From Candidatus Woesearchaeota archaeon (GTDB taxonomy: Archaea > Nanobdellota > Nanobdellia > Pacearchaeales > GW2011-AR1), in assembly GCA_964360755.1 (NCBI GenBank), contig CAYHYE010000002.1, positions 1-46,342 of the forward strand: a stretch of DNA of 46,342 nucleotides, written 5' to 3'. A program made the position numbers and the translations under genes. Below, in pieces: positions 17,013-27,546 of this stretch. The notes beneath the pieces are model-generated. The model ran no database searches. It saw nothing but the letters and a program-made list of their open reading frames with translations, and was not told the DNA's origin. Position 1 is the first letter of the stretch. Each line of letters begins with the position of its first letter.

Positions 17013-17867
17013 ATGGTATTTGAGTCAATATTAAACCCTAAAAGATCAGAAAGGCGACCTTGGGAAATGTTATTTGTTGGTTTTGTGTACGCTTCTTTAT
17101 CAGTTTTATTAGTTACATGGGTTTTTTCTGGCGATATAGTTCTTGTAAAATATTCGGGGATTTTTATTGTTACATTTACAGTAATGTTTTCAATACCGTT
17201 TTTTTATTTTATGTTGAAGGTTGAGGAGCAAAAGGATTCCCAGATTGAGGAAAGTTTTTCTCTTTTAAGAGAACATTGGAGGGCAGTTCATAGTCTTTTA
17301 TGGCTTTTTATAGGATTTGTTATAGGATTTTCATTATTATTTATACTAGTAGGAAATACAGACAATTTTAGAGCACAAATAGAGACATTTTGTGTTATTA
17401 ACAGTCCAAATAATTTTGAAAGCTGTATCTCTCAGTATGGAGTACGCCCTTCTACAACTGGATTTGTGGCAGGTTTAGATATATTGGGCGGGATATTTAC
17501 TAATAATTTATATGTTTTGATTTTTACAATACTTTTTTCTGTATTATTTGGAGCTGGAGGGATATTTATTTTAGCTTGGAACGCTACAGTTATTTCTGCT
17601 GCAGTTGTTATCTTCTCTAAATCAGACTTATTAAAATTACCACTTGCTTTATCAAGATATTTAATCCATGGAATTCCAGAAATTGCAGCTTATTTTGTAG
17701 GAACTTTAGCAGGAGGAATATTTGGAATGGCTATAATAAGAAAAGAATTTAAAACCGAAAAATTTTGGAATATACTATACGACTCTTTATTATTAATTCT
17801 TGTAGCTATAATGATACTTTTAGTGGCTGCATTAATTGAAGTTTATATTACACCGAAAATATTTTAA
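17013..17867 (+). CDS. SpoIIM-like (DUF95) integral membrane protein
   Basis: 284 aa, multi-TM. The IHGIPEIAAYFVGTLAGG motif is characteristic of the stage-II-sporulation-M/DUF95 family. Confidence 0.6.
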   Translation: MVFESILNPKRSERRPWEMLFVGFVYASLSVLLVTWVFSGDIVLVKYSGIFIVTFTVMFSIPFFYFMLKVEEQKDSQIEESFSLLREHWRAVHSLLWLFIGFVIGFSLLFILVGNTDNFRAQIETFCVINSPNNFESCISQYGVRPSTTGFVAGLDILGGIFTNNLYVLIFTILFSVLFGAGGIFILAWNATVISAAVVIFSKSDLLKLPLALSRYLIHGIPEIAAYFVGTLAGGIFGMAIIRKEFKTEKFWNILYDSLLLILVAIMILLVAALIEVYITPKIF

Positions 17868-17888
17868 TACCCATTTACTATAATTTTC

Positions 17889-18029
17889 ATGGCAAAATTT
17901 AGATGTCAAAGGTGCAATTACCAATTTGAGTTAAATATGAAAACTCTTCCAAGAGTTTGTCCCAATTGCGGAGAATTTGGTTCATGTAGGGAAGAAAAAA
18001 GTGCAGATGAACTTATAAAGGATATTTAA
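17889..18029 (+). CDS. 46-aa zinc-ribbon protein (not in the supplied ORF track)
   Basis: Hand translation gives MAKFRCQRCNYQFELNMKTLPRVCPNCGEFGSCREEKSADELIKDI*. It has two CxxC knuckles (CQRC...CPNC). It fills an otherwise empty 173-nt gap and ends 11 nt before the aglB ATG. Confidence 0.55.
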   Translation: MAKFRCQRCNYQFELNMKTLPRVCPNCGEFGSCREEKSADELIKDI

Positions 18030-18040
18030 TAAAAAATTGC

Positions 18041-20848
18041 ATGGAAGGCGAATCTATTATCAAAGATAATATATCAATATCGAGAGAAAATAATTTAACT
18101 AATAATTCTAGTGAAATTAAAGATGTTATAGAAATAAGAAAAGAGAGTTTAATTAATTTTTTTAAAAAAAGCAGTGATTGGATTTTCTATTTTTTATTAT
18201 TAATAATAGTTTTTATTACAGTATTTATTCGCACTAGAAATATTCCAAATTTAAAAGATATTACAACAAATAGTTGGACTCTAGGTCCTGATTTGGACCC
18301 ATTTTTATTTTTAAGATGGGCTGAATATATAGTTGAAAATGGTGAATTATTTAGTGTAGATAATATGAGATATGTACCATTAGGGTATAATACTGGCGGG
18401 GAATTTAAATTATTGTCTTATTTAATCGCTTGGTTTCATCAAATTATTTCATCTTTATCTTTAAGTAGTGATGTTACATATTCTGCTATAATTTTTCCGG
18501 TTTTTATGTTTGCAATAACAGTTGTGGCTTTTTATTTTTTTATAAATGAGGTTTTTAGAGATGTTTTTAGTGACAAAAAATATCAAAAAATAATCGCACT
18601 TATTTCAACTTTTTTTCTTGCTGTAATACCAGTTATTTTACCAAGAACTATTGCAGGCATTCCAGAAAAAGAATCTGCAAGTTTTTTGTTTATCTTTTTA
18701 TCTTTTTATTTTTTCATAAAGTCATTTAAATCAAATGAAGCTAAATTTATTGTAATTTATAGCATTCTTGCTGGAATTTCTACAGCAGTTTTAGGCCTTA
18801 TTTGGGGAGGAGTAACTTTTGTATTTATGACAATAAGTATATCAATGTTTATAATTTCAATAGCTGGTTTTATTAATAAAAAGAAGTTTTTGTCATATAC
18901 TATTTGGATATTTATTTTTACTCCAATAATGATGTTTTTCTCAACTAGGTATTTTGATCCTATTAATCCAATCGGAAGTATCATAAGCTTTATTTCTTCA
19001 ACATCAACAATTCCAATATTTGGAACATGGTTTTTTATACTATTTGACTTATTCTTATATGATAAAGCAAGTAATTTAGCTATTATAAATAATATACATA
19101 AGAATTATCATTTTCCAAAGGAGTTAATTTCACTGTTAATAGTAATAATATTTTTATTTATAGTCTCTATATTTGTAAATGGTATAAATTTTATTCCAGA
19201 TCAAATAAAAGATATTTTAAGCCAATTAGTCCATCCATTTGCAACAGATAGATTTTCTCTTACTGTTGCTGAAAATAAGCAACCATATTTTGACGAATGG
19301 GCAGGTGCTTTTGGGCCTATTTATAAAGGTGTGCCTTTTTTCTTTTGGCTTTTTATTTTAGGATCTGTATTATTATTTTACAGATTGGTTAGAAACTTTG
19401 AAATAAGAGATAGAAAAATTATAACTTTATTTTATTTTATTTTTATTCTATCTTTAATATTTAGCAGATATTCGCCAAATAGTTCTTTAAATGGAGACAG
19501 TATAAATAGTTTATTTATTTATTTTGGGGGCATGGTTCTTTTTTTTGCATACATTGTTTTCTTGTGGTTTAAATACAATAAAAAACATGAGAAGGAAAGG
19601 CTGAATTTAGATTTTAGTCTTATTTTATTATTTTCATTATTTTTTATAACTATTGTTGCTGCTAGGGGAGGAGTTAGATTAATGATGGTTTTAGTTCCAT
19701 CCTCAAGTGTAATGGCTAGTTATTTATTAGTCTCTATATTTAAAAATACCAAAGATGCAAAGGACGAGGTTTTTAAAGCATTTTTATTTGCAGTTGTTTT
19801 GCTAATTTTATTCATGACTATTTTTTCTGGATATACTTTCTATAAAATTAGTGAAGGGCAAGCTTATTTATTTTACCCTAGCCAATATAATCAACAATGG
19901 CAAAGTGCAATGGCTTGGGTTAGGAATAGTACTCCAGAAAATTCTGTATTTGGACATTGGTGGGATTATGGCTATTGGGTTCAAAGCATTGGAAAACGAG
20001 CTACTATTTTAGATGGTGGAAATGCAATAGTTTATTGGGATCATTTAATGGGAAGAACAGTATTGACTGCTAGCGATGATTCTAAAGGATTAGAATATTT
20101 ATATGCACATAATACAACACATTTCTTAATAGATTCTACAGATATAGGAAAATATTCTGCTTATGCCAGTATAGGGTCTGGAATAGAATTAGATAGAATT
20201 AGTTATTTACCAACTTTTATAATAAATAATAAAGAAACTCAAGAATTAAATGATAGCAGCCTAGTTTATGCTTATAGCGGATCTTCTTCATTAGATGAAG
20301 ATATAGTATTTGAAGAAAATGCATCGAAAAAAATATTTATAAAAGAAAATTCTGGAATATTTAAAGTATTTATCCAAGAAAATCCTGATGGAAAGTTATT
20401 ACAGCCAAATATTCTAATTTTGGAAAACAATGGGCAACAAAGTTTAGTTCCAATTAGATTTTTATATTATGATGGAAAATTAATTGATTTTAATTCTGGT
20501 ATTGAAGCTGGTTTTTTTACATTTGATTTGTTAAATCAAGAAAGTTCTGGGTTAAGTTTAGATCGTAAAGGTGCTGGAATTTATTTAAGTAAAAGAACTG
20601 TAAATTCTTTTCTTGCTAGGAAATATTTATTTGGAGATGAAAGTAACTTTAAACTAGTACATAGCGAAGACGCTATATTAGTGGAAGAAATTAGATTACA
20701 AGGGGCAGATATTGGAGAATTTGTTTACTTTCAAGGAAATATATTCGGTCCAATAAAAATTTGGGAAATAAAATATCCTAAAAATATCGTGTTTAATAAG
20801 AGTTATTTGGAATTAGATTATCCAGATAAGAGGCTTAGGTGGGGGTAA
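18041..20848 (+). CDS. aglB: dolichyl-(mono/di)phosphooligosaccharide-protein glycosyltransferase AglB (STT3 family)
   Basis: 935 aa. It has a multi-TM N-terminal half and a soluble C-terminal domain. The STT3 signature WWDYGYW is encoded at 19958-19978 (aa 640-646). Confidence 0.92.
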   Translation: MEGESIIKDNISISRENNLTNNSSEIKDVIEIRKESLINFFKKSSDWIFYFLLLIIVFITVFIRTRNIPNLKDITTNSWTLGPDLDPFLFLRWAEYIVENGELFSVDNMRYVPLGYNTGGEFKLLSYLIAWFHQIISSLSLSSDVTYSAIIFPVFMFAITVVAFYFFINEVFRDVFSDKKYQKIIALISTFFLAVIPVILPRTIAGIPEKESASFLFIFLSFYFFIKSFKSNEAKFIVIYSILAGISTAVLGLIWGGVTFVFMTISISMFIISIAGFINKKKFLSYTIWIFIFTPIMMFFSTRYFDPINPIGSIISFISSTSTIPIFGTWFFILFDLFLYDKASNLAIINNIHKNYHFPKELISLLIVIIFLFIVSIFVNGINFIPDQIKDILSQLVHPFATDRFSLTVAENKQPYFDEWAGAFGPIYKGVPFFFWLFILGSVLLFYRLVRNFEIRDRKIITLFYFIFILSLIFSRYSPNSSLNGDSINSLFIYFGGMVLFFAYIVFLWFKYNKKHEKERLNLDFSLILLFSLFFITIVAARGGVRLMMVLVPSSSVMASYLLVSIFKNTKDAKDEVFKAFLFAVVLLILFMTIFSGYTFYKISEGQAYLFYPSQYNQQWQSAMAWVRNSTPENSVFGHWWDYGYWVQSIGKRATILDGGNAIVYWDHLMGRTVLTASDDSKGLEYLYAHNTTHFLIDSTDIGKYSAYASIGSGIELDRISYLPTFIINNKETQELNDSSLVYAYSGSSSLDEDIVFEENASKKIFIKENSGIFKVFIQENPDGKLLQPNILILENNGQQSLVPIRFLYYDGKLIDFNSGIEAGFFTFDLLNQESSGLSLDRKGAGIYLSKRTVNSFLARKYLFGDESNFKLVHSEDAILVEEIRLQGADIGEFVYFQGNIFGPIKIWEIKYPKNIVFNKSYLELDYPDKRLRWG

Positions 20849-20879
20849 TAATATTTTTAAAACGTGAACATCTCTTATT

Positions 20880-21884
20880 ATGGTGAAATTGCTTTTATTA
20901 ATATCAATTTTAGTATCTTTTTTAGCTAGTCTTACAACTATTCCTTTTTGGATTAGAAAAGCTAAACAAATTAAACTTGAATGGAAAGATATGAATAAGC
21001 TTGGATCTAAAAAAATTCCAGGGGCAGGAGGGGTAACTGTTGTTTTTGGATTTATCTTAGGAGTTCTTTTTTATATAGCAATAAATACTTTTTACTTTAA
21101 ATCAATTGACAATATAGTAGAAATATTGGCCCTTACTACAAGTATACTAATTGTTTCCGGAATTGGTATTATAGATGATTTATTAGGATGGCAGCATGGC
21201 GGGTTAAGCAAAAAAAATCGTTTAATAATTTTATTCTTTGCTGCTGTACCATTAATGGTTATTAATGCTGGAGTTCATACAGTTTCTATACCTTTTATAT
21301 ATCAATTTGATATAGGTCTTTTATATCCATTAATTGTAATACCTATAGGAATTGTTGGAGCAACAGCAACTTTTAATTTTCTTGCCGGGTATAATGGTTT
21401 AGAAGCTGGGCAGGGGATATTAATTTTATCTTCATTAGCAATATTTTCTTGGCTTAATGGGACTAATTGGTTAAGTCTTATTATTATTTGTATGGTAGTC
21501 TCACTAATGGCTTTTATGTTCTATAATAAATATCCCTCTAAAATATTTCCTGGAGATGTTTTAACTTATCCTATTGGATGCTTGATAGCAATAATCGCTA
21601 TTTTGGGTAATATGGAGTTATTTACAGTGTTTATATTTATACCATATATAATTGAAGCAGGATTGAAACTAAGGGGCAAATTAGAAAAACAATCGTTTGG
21701 AATACCTGAAAAAGACGGATCTATAAAGATGCCATATGAAAAAATATATGGTTTAGAACACCTTGCAATATTTTTAATCAAAAAATTTAAAAAAAATGGA
21801 AAAGCTTATGAGATAGAAGTTACTTTAGCAATTTATCTATTTCAGGCAAGCATAATATTAATTGGTTTTTTATTACTTACATAA
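20880..21884 (+). CDS. polyprenyl-phosphate HexNAc-1-phosphate transferase (GT4 MraY/WecA/GPT family, AglH-like)
   Basis: Multi-TM protein with GIGIIDDLLGW and FNFLAGYNGLEAGQG motifs typical of GPT/WecA-type priming transferases. It lies directly downstream of aglB. Confidence 0.8.
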   Translation: MVKLLLLISILVSFLASLTTIPFWIRKAKQIKLEWKDMNKLGSKKIPGAGGVTVVFGFILGVLFYIAINTFYFKSIDNIVEILALTTSILIVSGIGIIDDLLGWQHGGLSKKNRLIILFFAAVPLMVINAGVHTVSIPFIYQFDIGLLYPLIVIPIGIVGATATFNFLAGYNGLEAGQGILILSSLAIFSWLNGTNWLSLIIICMVVSLMAFMFYNKYPSKIFPGDVLTYPIGCLIAIIAILGNMELFTVFIFIPYIIEAGLKLRGKLEKQSFGIPEKDGSIKMPYEKIYGLEHLAIFLIKKFKKNGKAYEIEVTLAIYLFQASIILIGFLLLT

Positions 21885-21932
21885 ATTAAGAGTAATTTTA
21901 TATAAAAGTAAAAAATTAATGGATTGTTAATA

Positions 21933-23165
21933 ATGATAAAGAAAATTTTATCTGATGAAATGGTGAAGGGAGGAATTGTATTATTCATAATGATAAGTAT
22001 TTTTAATTTTTTAAATTATTTATTTCATTTCATAACTGCTAGAATGTTGGATCCTTCACAATACGGAGTTCTTGTGACATTAATGTCTATAATTTATATT
22101 ATAACTATTCCAAGTGAAGCTATACAAACAATAGTGACTAAGTATACTTCAAATTTTTATAAATATAAACAATATGGTAAAATAAGAACTTTATTTAATA
22201 AGTTTTTTAATAAGGGTCTTAAGATATCTTTATTTGTCTTTTTAATATATATACTTTTTACACCAATAATTTCTAATTTGCTAAAAATAGAAATTAGCTT
22301 GTTAGTAATAAGCGGTTTTGCTATATTTATTGTTTTTATTATGCCTGTTGGAAGAGGAATATTACAGGGTACTAAAAAATTTTATCTTCTTGGTATAAAT
22401 TATCTTTCAGAAGGGATAATAAAACTTTTTTTAACAGTTATTTTAATATCACTTGGTTTATCAATATTTGGAGCAATTTCTTCTGTAATAATTGCAGCTT
22501 TAGCAGCTTTTTTTATATCTATATTTAGTTATATTGATATTTACAAGTATAAAAAAGAACGTCTTAAAATCGATGGTTTATATAGTTATAGTCTGAATGT
22601 ATTTTTACTTTTTGCTTCCATAATAGTTATTTTAAGCACGGATATTATTATTGCAAGAATGATTTTTCCTCCTGATGTTGTAGGTAAATATGCTGTAGCA
22701 TCAACAATAGGAAAAATGATATTCTTTTCTACACTTCCAATAAGCAAAGTTATGTTCCCATTAACTTCTGAAAAGACTGGAGATAAAGGAAACACAATCA
22801 TTTTGTTTGTTAAGTCTTTAGTATTAATACTTATCATTTCTTTTACAGCATTATTAATATTTTGGTTGTTTCCGCAACAGTTTATTTCTATATTATTTAG
22901 TGATAAATATATAGATGTATCTGGAATTATTATATATACAGGAATTTCATTCACTATTTTATCAATTTCAAATTTATTATTAACTTATTATTTATCACAA
23001 AATGAAAAAATATCAGTTATTAGAGTAATTTTCTTTATGATGATTATATTTATTATACAATTTAGTTTATTATTTCATACAGATTCTATAAAAGAATTTG
23101 CACTGTTTCTCTTATTTTCTAATATAATAATATTTATTATTGCTCTTTTTTTCATAAATAAATGA
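21933..23165 (+). CDS. oligosaccharide/polysaccharide flippase (MOP/Wzx-like)
   Basis: About 410 aa with 12-14 TM segments in a Wzx-like layout. ATG 21933 is preferred to the track's TTG 21924. ATTTTATATAAAAG at 21896-21909 sits about 30 nt upstream. Confidence 0.65.
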   Translation: MIKKILSDEMVKGGIVLFIMISIFNFLNYLFHFITARMLDPSQYGVLVTLMSIIYIITIPSEAIQTIVTKYTSNFYKYKQYGKIRTLFNKFFNKGLKISLFVFLIYILFTPIISNLLKIEISLLVISGFAIFIVFIMPVGRGILQGTKKFYLLGINYLSEGIIKLFLTVILISLGLSIFGAISSVIIAALAAFFISIFSYIDIYKYKKERLKIDGLYSYSLNVFLLFASIIVILSTDIIIARMIFPPDVVGKYAVASTIGKMIFFSTLPISKVMFPLTSEKTGDKGNTIILFVKSLVLILIISFTALLIFWLFPQQFISILFSDKYIDVSGIIIYTGISFTILSISNLLLTYYLSQNEKISVIRVIFFMMIIFIIQFSLLFHTDSIKEFALFLLFSNIIIFIIALFFINK

Positions 23166-23938
23166 AATCTATAAGCATTGTTATTCCTGCATATAATGAA
23201 GAGAAGAGAATAGGCAAAACACTTGAATGCTATTGTAAATTCTTTGATAATAAATTAAAAAATAATTATCAAATTTTGATAGTTATAAATGGTACGACTG
23301 ATGATACTGAAAAAATTGTTAAAAACTATCAAAAATACTATAAATCAATTAAATACATTATATTAAAAGAAGCTGGTAAGGGGTTGGCTGTTAATACTGG
23401 CTTAAAGGAATCTTTAACTAGCAGATTTGATTTAATTGGTTTTGTTGATGCTGATCTTGCAACATCGCCTTTAGAATATTATAAATTAATTGAAAATATA
23501 GATAATTATGATGGAATTATTGCTGACAGATATATAAAAGGTGCTAAAATAACTCCTAAATTCAGTTTTAGAAGATTAGTAGTTAGTAGAATTTTTAATA
23601 TAATAGTTAGATCATTGTTTTTTTTACCTTATAAAGATACACAATGTGGAGCTAAAATCTTTAAGAAAGAAGTAATTAAAAGTGTAATAAATGAGCTTAC
23701 GATGACACAATGGGCTTATGATATTGATTTGTTGTACTCTTGTAAAAAATATGGTTTACATATCAAATCTTTACCAACAAATTGGATTGAGGCTAAGGGT
23801 AGTACTTTAAATCTGAAAAAAGCTTCAATACAAATGTTTTTTTCAATCATACAGCTTAGGATAGCTAAATCTAAATTTAATAAATTAATAAAATTATTTG
23901 AACCAATAATTAGAATGATTTATAAAGCAGTTAAATAA
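23162..23938 (+). CDS. GT2 polyprenyl-phosphate glycosyltransferase (ALG5/DPM1-like)
   Basis: SIVIPAYNEE, VDADL and DTQCGAKIF motifs (ALG5/Dol-P-Glc synthase-like). ATGA overlap with the flippase. Confidence 0.8.
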   Translation: MKSISIVIPAYNEEKRIGKTLECYCKFFDNKLKNNYQILIVINGTTDDTEKIVKNYQKYYKSIKYIILKEAGKGLAVNTGLKESLTSRFDLIGFVDADLATSPLEYYKLIENIDNYDGIIADRYIKGAKITPKFSFRRLVVSRIFNIIVRSLFFLPYKDTQCGAKIFKKEVIKSVINELTMTQWAYDIDLLYSCKKYGLHIKSLPTNWIEAKGSTLNLKKASIQMFFSIIQLRIAKSKFNKLIKLFEPIIRMIYKAVK

Positions 23939-23946
23939 ATTAATAT

Positions 23947-25776
23947 ATGGAAAATAATACAATTAAAAATAGATTATTAATTAATAAGGTGAAGATATAT
24001 ATTATATTATTAGTTATTTTTGGTTTTATATTGAGAATAATATCTGCGATAAATTTAGGTGTTTCTGCAGACGATGTTAATCATGGAGTTAGACCTTATG
24101 GAATTTTTAATTCTGGTAAATTAGTTATATGGGACCAATCAACTTCTCTTTGGTATTACATTGAAGGGGTTTTTTATAAGTATTTTGGAGTTAGTTTGTT
24201 AGTATCTAGGTTTTCAGCAGTTATATTCGGAAGCTTAATGATTATTTTGGTTTATATTTTTACGAAAAGGTTATTTAAATCTGAAAGACCAGCTATAATT
24301 GCTAGTACACTTATTGCTTTTTCTCCTATGTTAATAAAAAGTACACTCCCTGAAATGGATATAGCTACAAGTTTTTTTGCTTTGTTTAGTGCTTATTTTA
24401 TTTTATTATATTTTGAATCTAAATCTAATATTAATTTATTTTTTTCAGCTATAATGATTGGCATTGCTACAATGATAAAACTTTATGCTTTATTTTTTGC
24501 ATTTTCTTTCCTATTACTTTTATTATATAAAGAACTAGTAAATAATACTTATGATAAAAAAATTATTAAAAAATTTATATTATTTATTTTTATTTTACTC
24601 ATTTTAGTTTTACCTACACTAATTCATAATTTTCTTTTGTACAAAAATAATGGATTTATGGATCTTATATTTACAAATGTTTTAGGATTAGGTGTTGAAA
24701 AGTCTAAACAGTTTTATTCTTGGGGAGCTGGATGGATGGCATATACTGATTATAAAGGTTTTTTTCTTGGAAATCAAAGGAATTTTGGTGATAACGATTT
24801 ACCAGGGTTTTTGATAGTTTTGAATTTCTTATTTAAGGGAGATCCTATATTATTCATATTTGGGATTTTAGGATTAATACTTTTTTTTATCAGGCGTAAA
24901 GATTACTCTTTATTTTTTATAATAACATTTTTACCGGCGTTTATTTATTTAGGAGCTCAAATTCCCATGTCTAAACATTTTATATGGGTATTAGTTTTCA
25001 TCTCTCCTTGTTCAGGATTTGTATTAGATGAGATAATTAATAAAACTAAAAAAATAAAATTAAATTATATTTTAGTTATAATTATTTTATTTAACCTTGT
25101 TTTTTTAGGTATGGCTAAAGATGTTGTCCATTCGCATTTCTACGGTGAGTCTTCATTTGGAAAATTACTAGATTACAAACAAAAAAATATTCCAAAGGAA
25201 GCAGTTATTATTGTAGATAATAGGATATATAGTGGTAATATGCATTTTGGATTTATTGGAACAAACTATGTAGATGCCATAACTTATGCTACAGAACTGG
25301 ATCAAAAACTTACAAAAAATAATTTAGAAGTAGTTGATGTATATTTTGTCGAATGTGTAATTGATGATTGTGGTTGGGGAACTATAGAAAAAAATCCATT
25401 AGTTAATAATACTATGGAACAAATAGTTGCAGTATTTAATCAAACAGCGGTACTAAAAAAAGATTTTTTTGGACCGAATCAAAAGAAATTTTATTTGCCT
25501 TTTAATTTATATGGAGAAGAAATTTTAGAATATAGGATATATAAAACTCAACTCTTGTTAAATCCTACGATTAAAGCAATTATTAGAGAAAAACATCAGT
25601 GGTATTTATATCCAATAGGATATGATAGAAGTATTTCTACTATTTTCGACGATTATGAATTAAAAAATAATTTAGATAAGATTTTAAATAGTTTAGGATT
25701 TTTTATATTGTATTTGGAATTAATATTATCATATGCTACAATACTTTATATACTATATTTCTTCGTAAAAGAATAA
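23947..25776 (+). CDS. GT-C fold membrane glycosyltransferase (ArnT/PMT, GT39/83-like)
   Basis: 609 aa. An acidic first-loop motif (VSADDVNHG) follows TM1, then about 11 TMs and a soluble C-terminal domain. It lies next to a polyprenyl-P-sugar synthase. Confidence 0.65.
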   Translation: MENNTIKNRLLINKVKIYIILLVIFGFILRIISAINLGVSADDVNHGVRPYGIFNSGKLVIWDQSTSLWYYIEGVFYKYFGVSLLVSRFSAVIFGSLMIILVYIFTKRLFKSERPAIIASTLIAFSPMLIKSTLPEMDIATSFFALFSAYFILLYFESKSNINLFFSAIMIGIATMIKLYALFFAFSFLLLLLYKELVNNTYDKKIIKKFILFIFILLILVLPTLIHNFLLYKNNGFMDLIFTNVLGLGVEKSKQFYSWGAGWMAYTDYKGFFLGNQRNFGDNDLPGFLIVLNFLFKGDPILFIFGILGLILFFIRRKDYSLFFIITFLPAFIYLGAQIPMSKHFIWVLVFISPCSGFVLDEIINKTKKIKLNYILVIIILFNLVFLGMAKDVVHSHFYGESSFGKLLDYKQKNIPKEAVIIVDNRIYSGNMHFGFIGTNYVDAITYATELDQKLTKNNLEVVDVYFVECVIDDCGWGTIEKNPLVNNTMEQIVAVFNQTAVLKKDFFGPNQKKFYLPFNLYGEEILEYRIYKTQLLLNPTIKAIIREKHQWYLYPIGYDRSISTIFDDYELKNNLDKILNSLGFFILYLELILSYATILYILYFFVKE

Positions 25777-25777
25777 T

Positions 25778-26458
25778 ATGAAACTATCAATAATTATCCC
25801 ATCATATAATGAGGAATCAACTATTTTAGATTTAATAGATATAGTTAAGCGTCAAGATATTGGAAAAATAATTAAGGAGATAATAGTTGTTGACGACGGG
25901 AGTAAAGATAATACTTATAATTTATTAAAGACGATAGATGGAATAAAATTAGTAAAACATGATAAAAATTTTGGGAAAGGCAGAGCAATTAGAACTGGAT
26001 TGGAGAAATCTACTGGGGACATTATATTAATACAAGATGCTGATTTAGAACTTAGTCCTTCAGATTATCCAGCTCTTATAAAGCCAATTATAGACGGGAA
26101 AGCAGAGGTTGTTTATGGTTCTAGGATACTAGGTAAAAATATTAAACATTCTTTATTATATTATACTGGTGGTAGAATAATTACTTTTGTTGCAAATTTA
26201 TTATATGGAATAAATATTACTGATGAACCTATAGGATATAAAGTTTTTAAGGCAGACTTGTTAAAAAAATTGAATCTTGAATGTAATAGATTTGAATTTT
26301 GCCCAGAAGTTACTGCGAAAATAGCTAAAAAAAAGATAAAAATTCATGAAGTTCCAGTTAAATATAATCCTAGGACTGTTAGTGAAGGAAAGAAATTAAG
26401 ATTTAATGATGGAATACAGGCAATATTGACATTAATTAAATATAGGTTTAAGAAATGA
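25778..26458 (+). CDS. GT2 polyprenyl-phosphate glycosyltransferase (ArnC/GtrB/DPM1-like)
   Basis: LSIIIPSYNEE, VVDDGSKDNT, QDADLE and PVKYNPRTVSEGKK motifs. Confidence 0.8.
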   Translation: MKLSIIIPSYNEESTILDLIDIVKRQDIGKIIKEIIVVDDGSKDNTYNLLKTIDGIKLVKHDKNFGKGRAIRTGLEKSTGDIILIQDADLELSPSDYPALIKPIIDGKAEVVYGSRILGKNIKHSLLYYTGGRIITFVANLLYGINITDEPIGYKVFKADLLKKLNLECNRFEFCPEVTAKIAKKKIKIHEVPVKYNPRTVSEGKKLRFNDGIQAILTLIKYRFKK

Positions 26459-27546
26459 GAATATTAATTTTAAGTTGGCGATGTTTAAAAAATCCTGATT
26501 CTGGAGGGTCAGAGTTATATTTTCATGAATTATCAAAAAGATGGGCAAAAAATGGACATGAAATTGTTTGGTTCTCACCACAATTTTCTGGAGGATTAAG
26601 AGAAGAATATTGTGATGGAATAAAAATAATAAGAAAAGGAAATAGGTTTAGTGTTTATTTACATTCTTTTTTAAAATATGTAAAAAATGATTTTGGAAAT
26701 TTTGATGTAATAATAGATGTTGAAAATGGTATACCATTTTTTTCTCCTTTATATATAAAAAAGGGTGAGATTTTTCTTCATATACAACATATTCATAAAA
26801 ATGTATGGGTTAAGGAGATGCCTATACATTTAGCTATTATTGGAAAATTTTTAGAATCAGTGATTATGCCATTAATATACAAAAAAAATAAAATTATAAC
26901 TATATCAAATAGTTCTTTTGAAGAAATAAAAAATGATAAATTGTCTAATAATGATGTTTATATAGTTAATCCAGGTATAGAGTTCTATAAATTTAAAAAA
27001 TATAAAAAAAATAAAAAGGCGACAGTCTTATTTTTAAATAGGATTAAAAAATATAAAGGTATAATGCATTTATTAATGGCTGCAAAAGAGTTAAAAAATC
27101 AAAATATTGATTTTTGGATTGTTGGTTCTGGGGAGTATCTTGATAAAGCTGTTGATTATGCAAAAAGAGAAAAATTAAATAATGTAATTTTTTTTGGTAA
27201 AGTTGATGAAGAAAGAAAAAAAGAAATTATGCAAAAATCTTGGATTTTAGTTAACCCTAGTTATAAAGAAGGTTGGGGTATAGTTAACATAGAAGCAAAT
27301 TATTTTGGCATTCCAGTTATAGGCAGTAATGTTTCTGGCATTAAAGACTCTGTTATAGATAGAAGAACTGGTTTATTATTTGAATATGGAAATCATAAAG
27401 AATTAGCAAATAAAATAAACTTTTTAGTTGATAATTACAAAGAAAGAAAATATATGGGAAAGGAAGCAAAGATTTGGGCAAAAAAATTTGATTGGGATTC
27501 TAAAGCTATGGAATATTTGAAAATTTTAGAAAAATTTAAAAATTAG
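26455..27546 (+). CDS. GT4 (GT-B) glycosyltransferase
   Basis: The C-terminal EGWGIVNIEANYFGIPVIGSNVSGIKDSV matches the E-x7-E GT4 signature. ATGA overlap with the upstream GT2. Confidence 0.8.
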   Translation: MRILILSWRCLKNPDSGGSELYFHELSKRWAKNGHEIVWFSPQFSGGLREEYCDGIKIIRKGNRFSVYLHSFLKYVKNDFGNFDVIIDVENGIPFFSPLYIKKGEIFLHIQHIHKNVWVKEMPIHLAIIGKFLESVIMPLIYKKNKIITISNSSFEEIKNDKLSNNDVYIVNPGIEFYKFKKYKKNKKATVLFLNRIKKYKGIMHLLMAAKELKNQNIDFWIVGSGEYLDKAVDYAKREKLNNVIFFGKVDEERKKEIMQKSWILVNPSYKEGWGIVNIEANYFGIPVIGSNVSGIKDSVIDRRTGLLFEYGNHKELANKINFLVDNYKERKYMGKEAKIWAKKFDWDSKAMEYLKILEKFKN

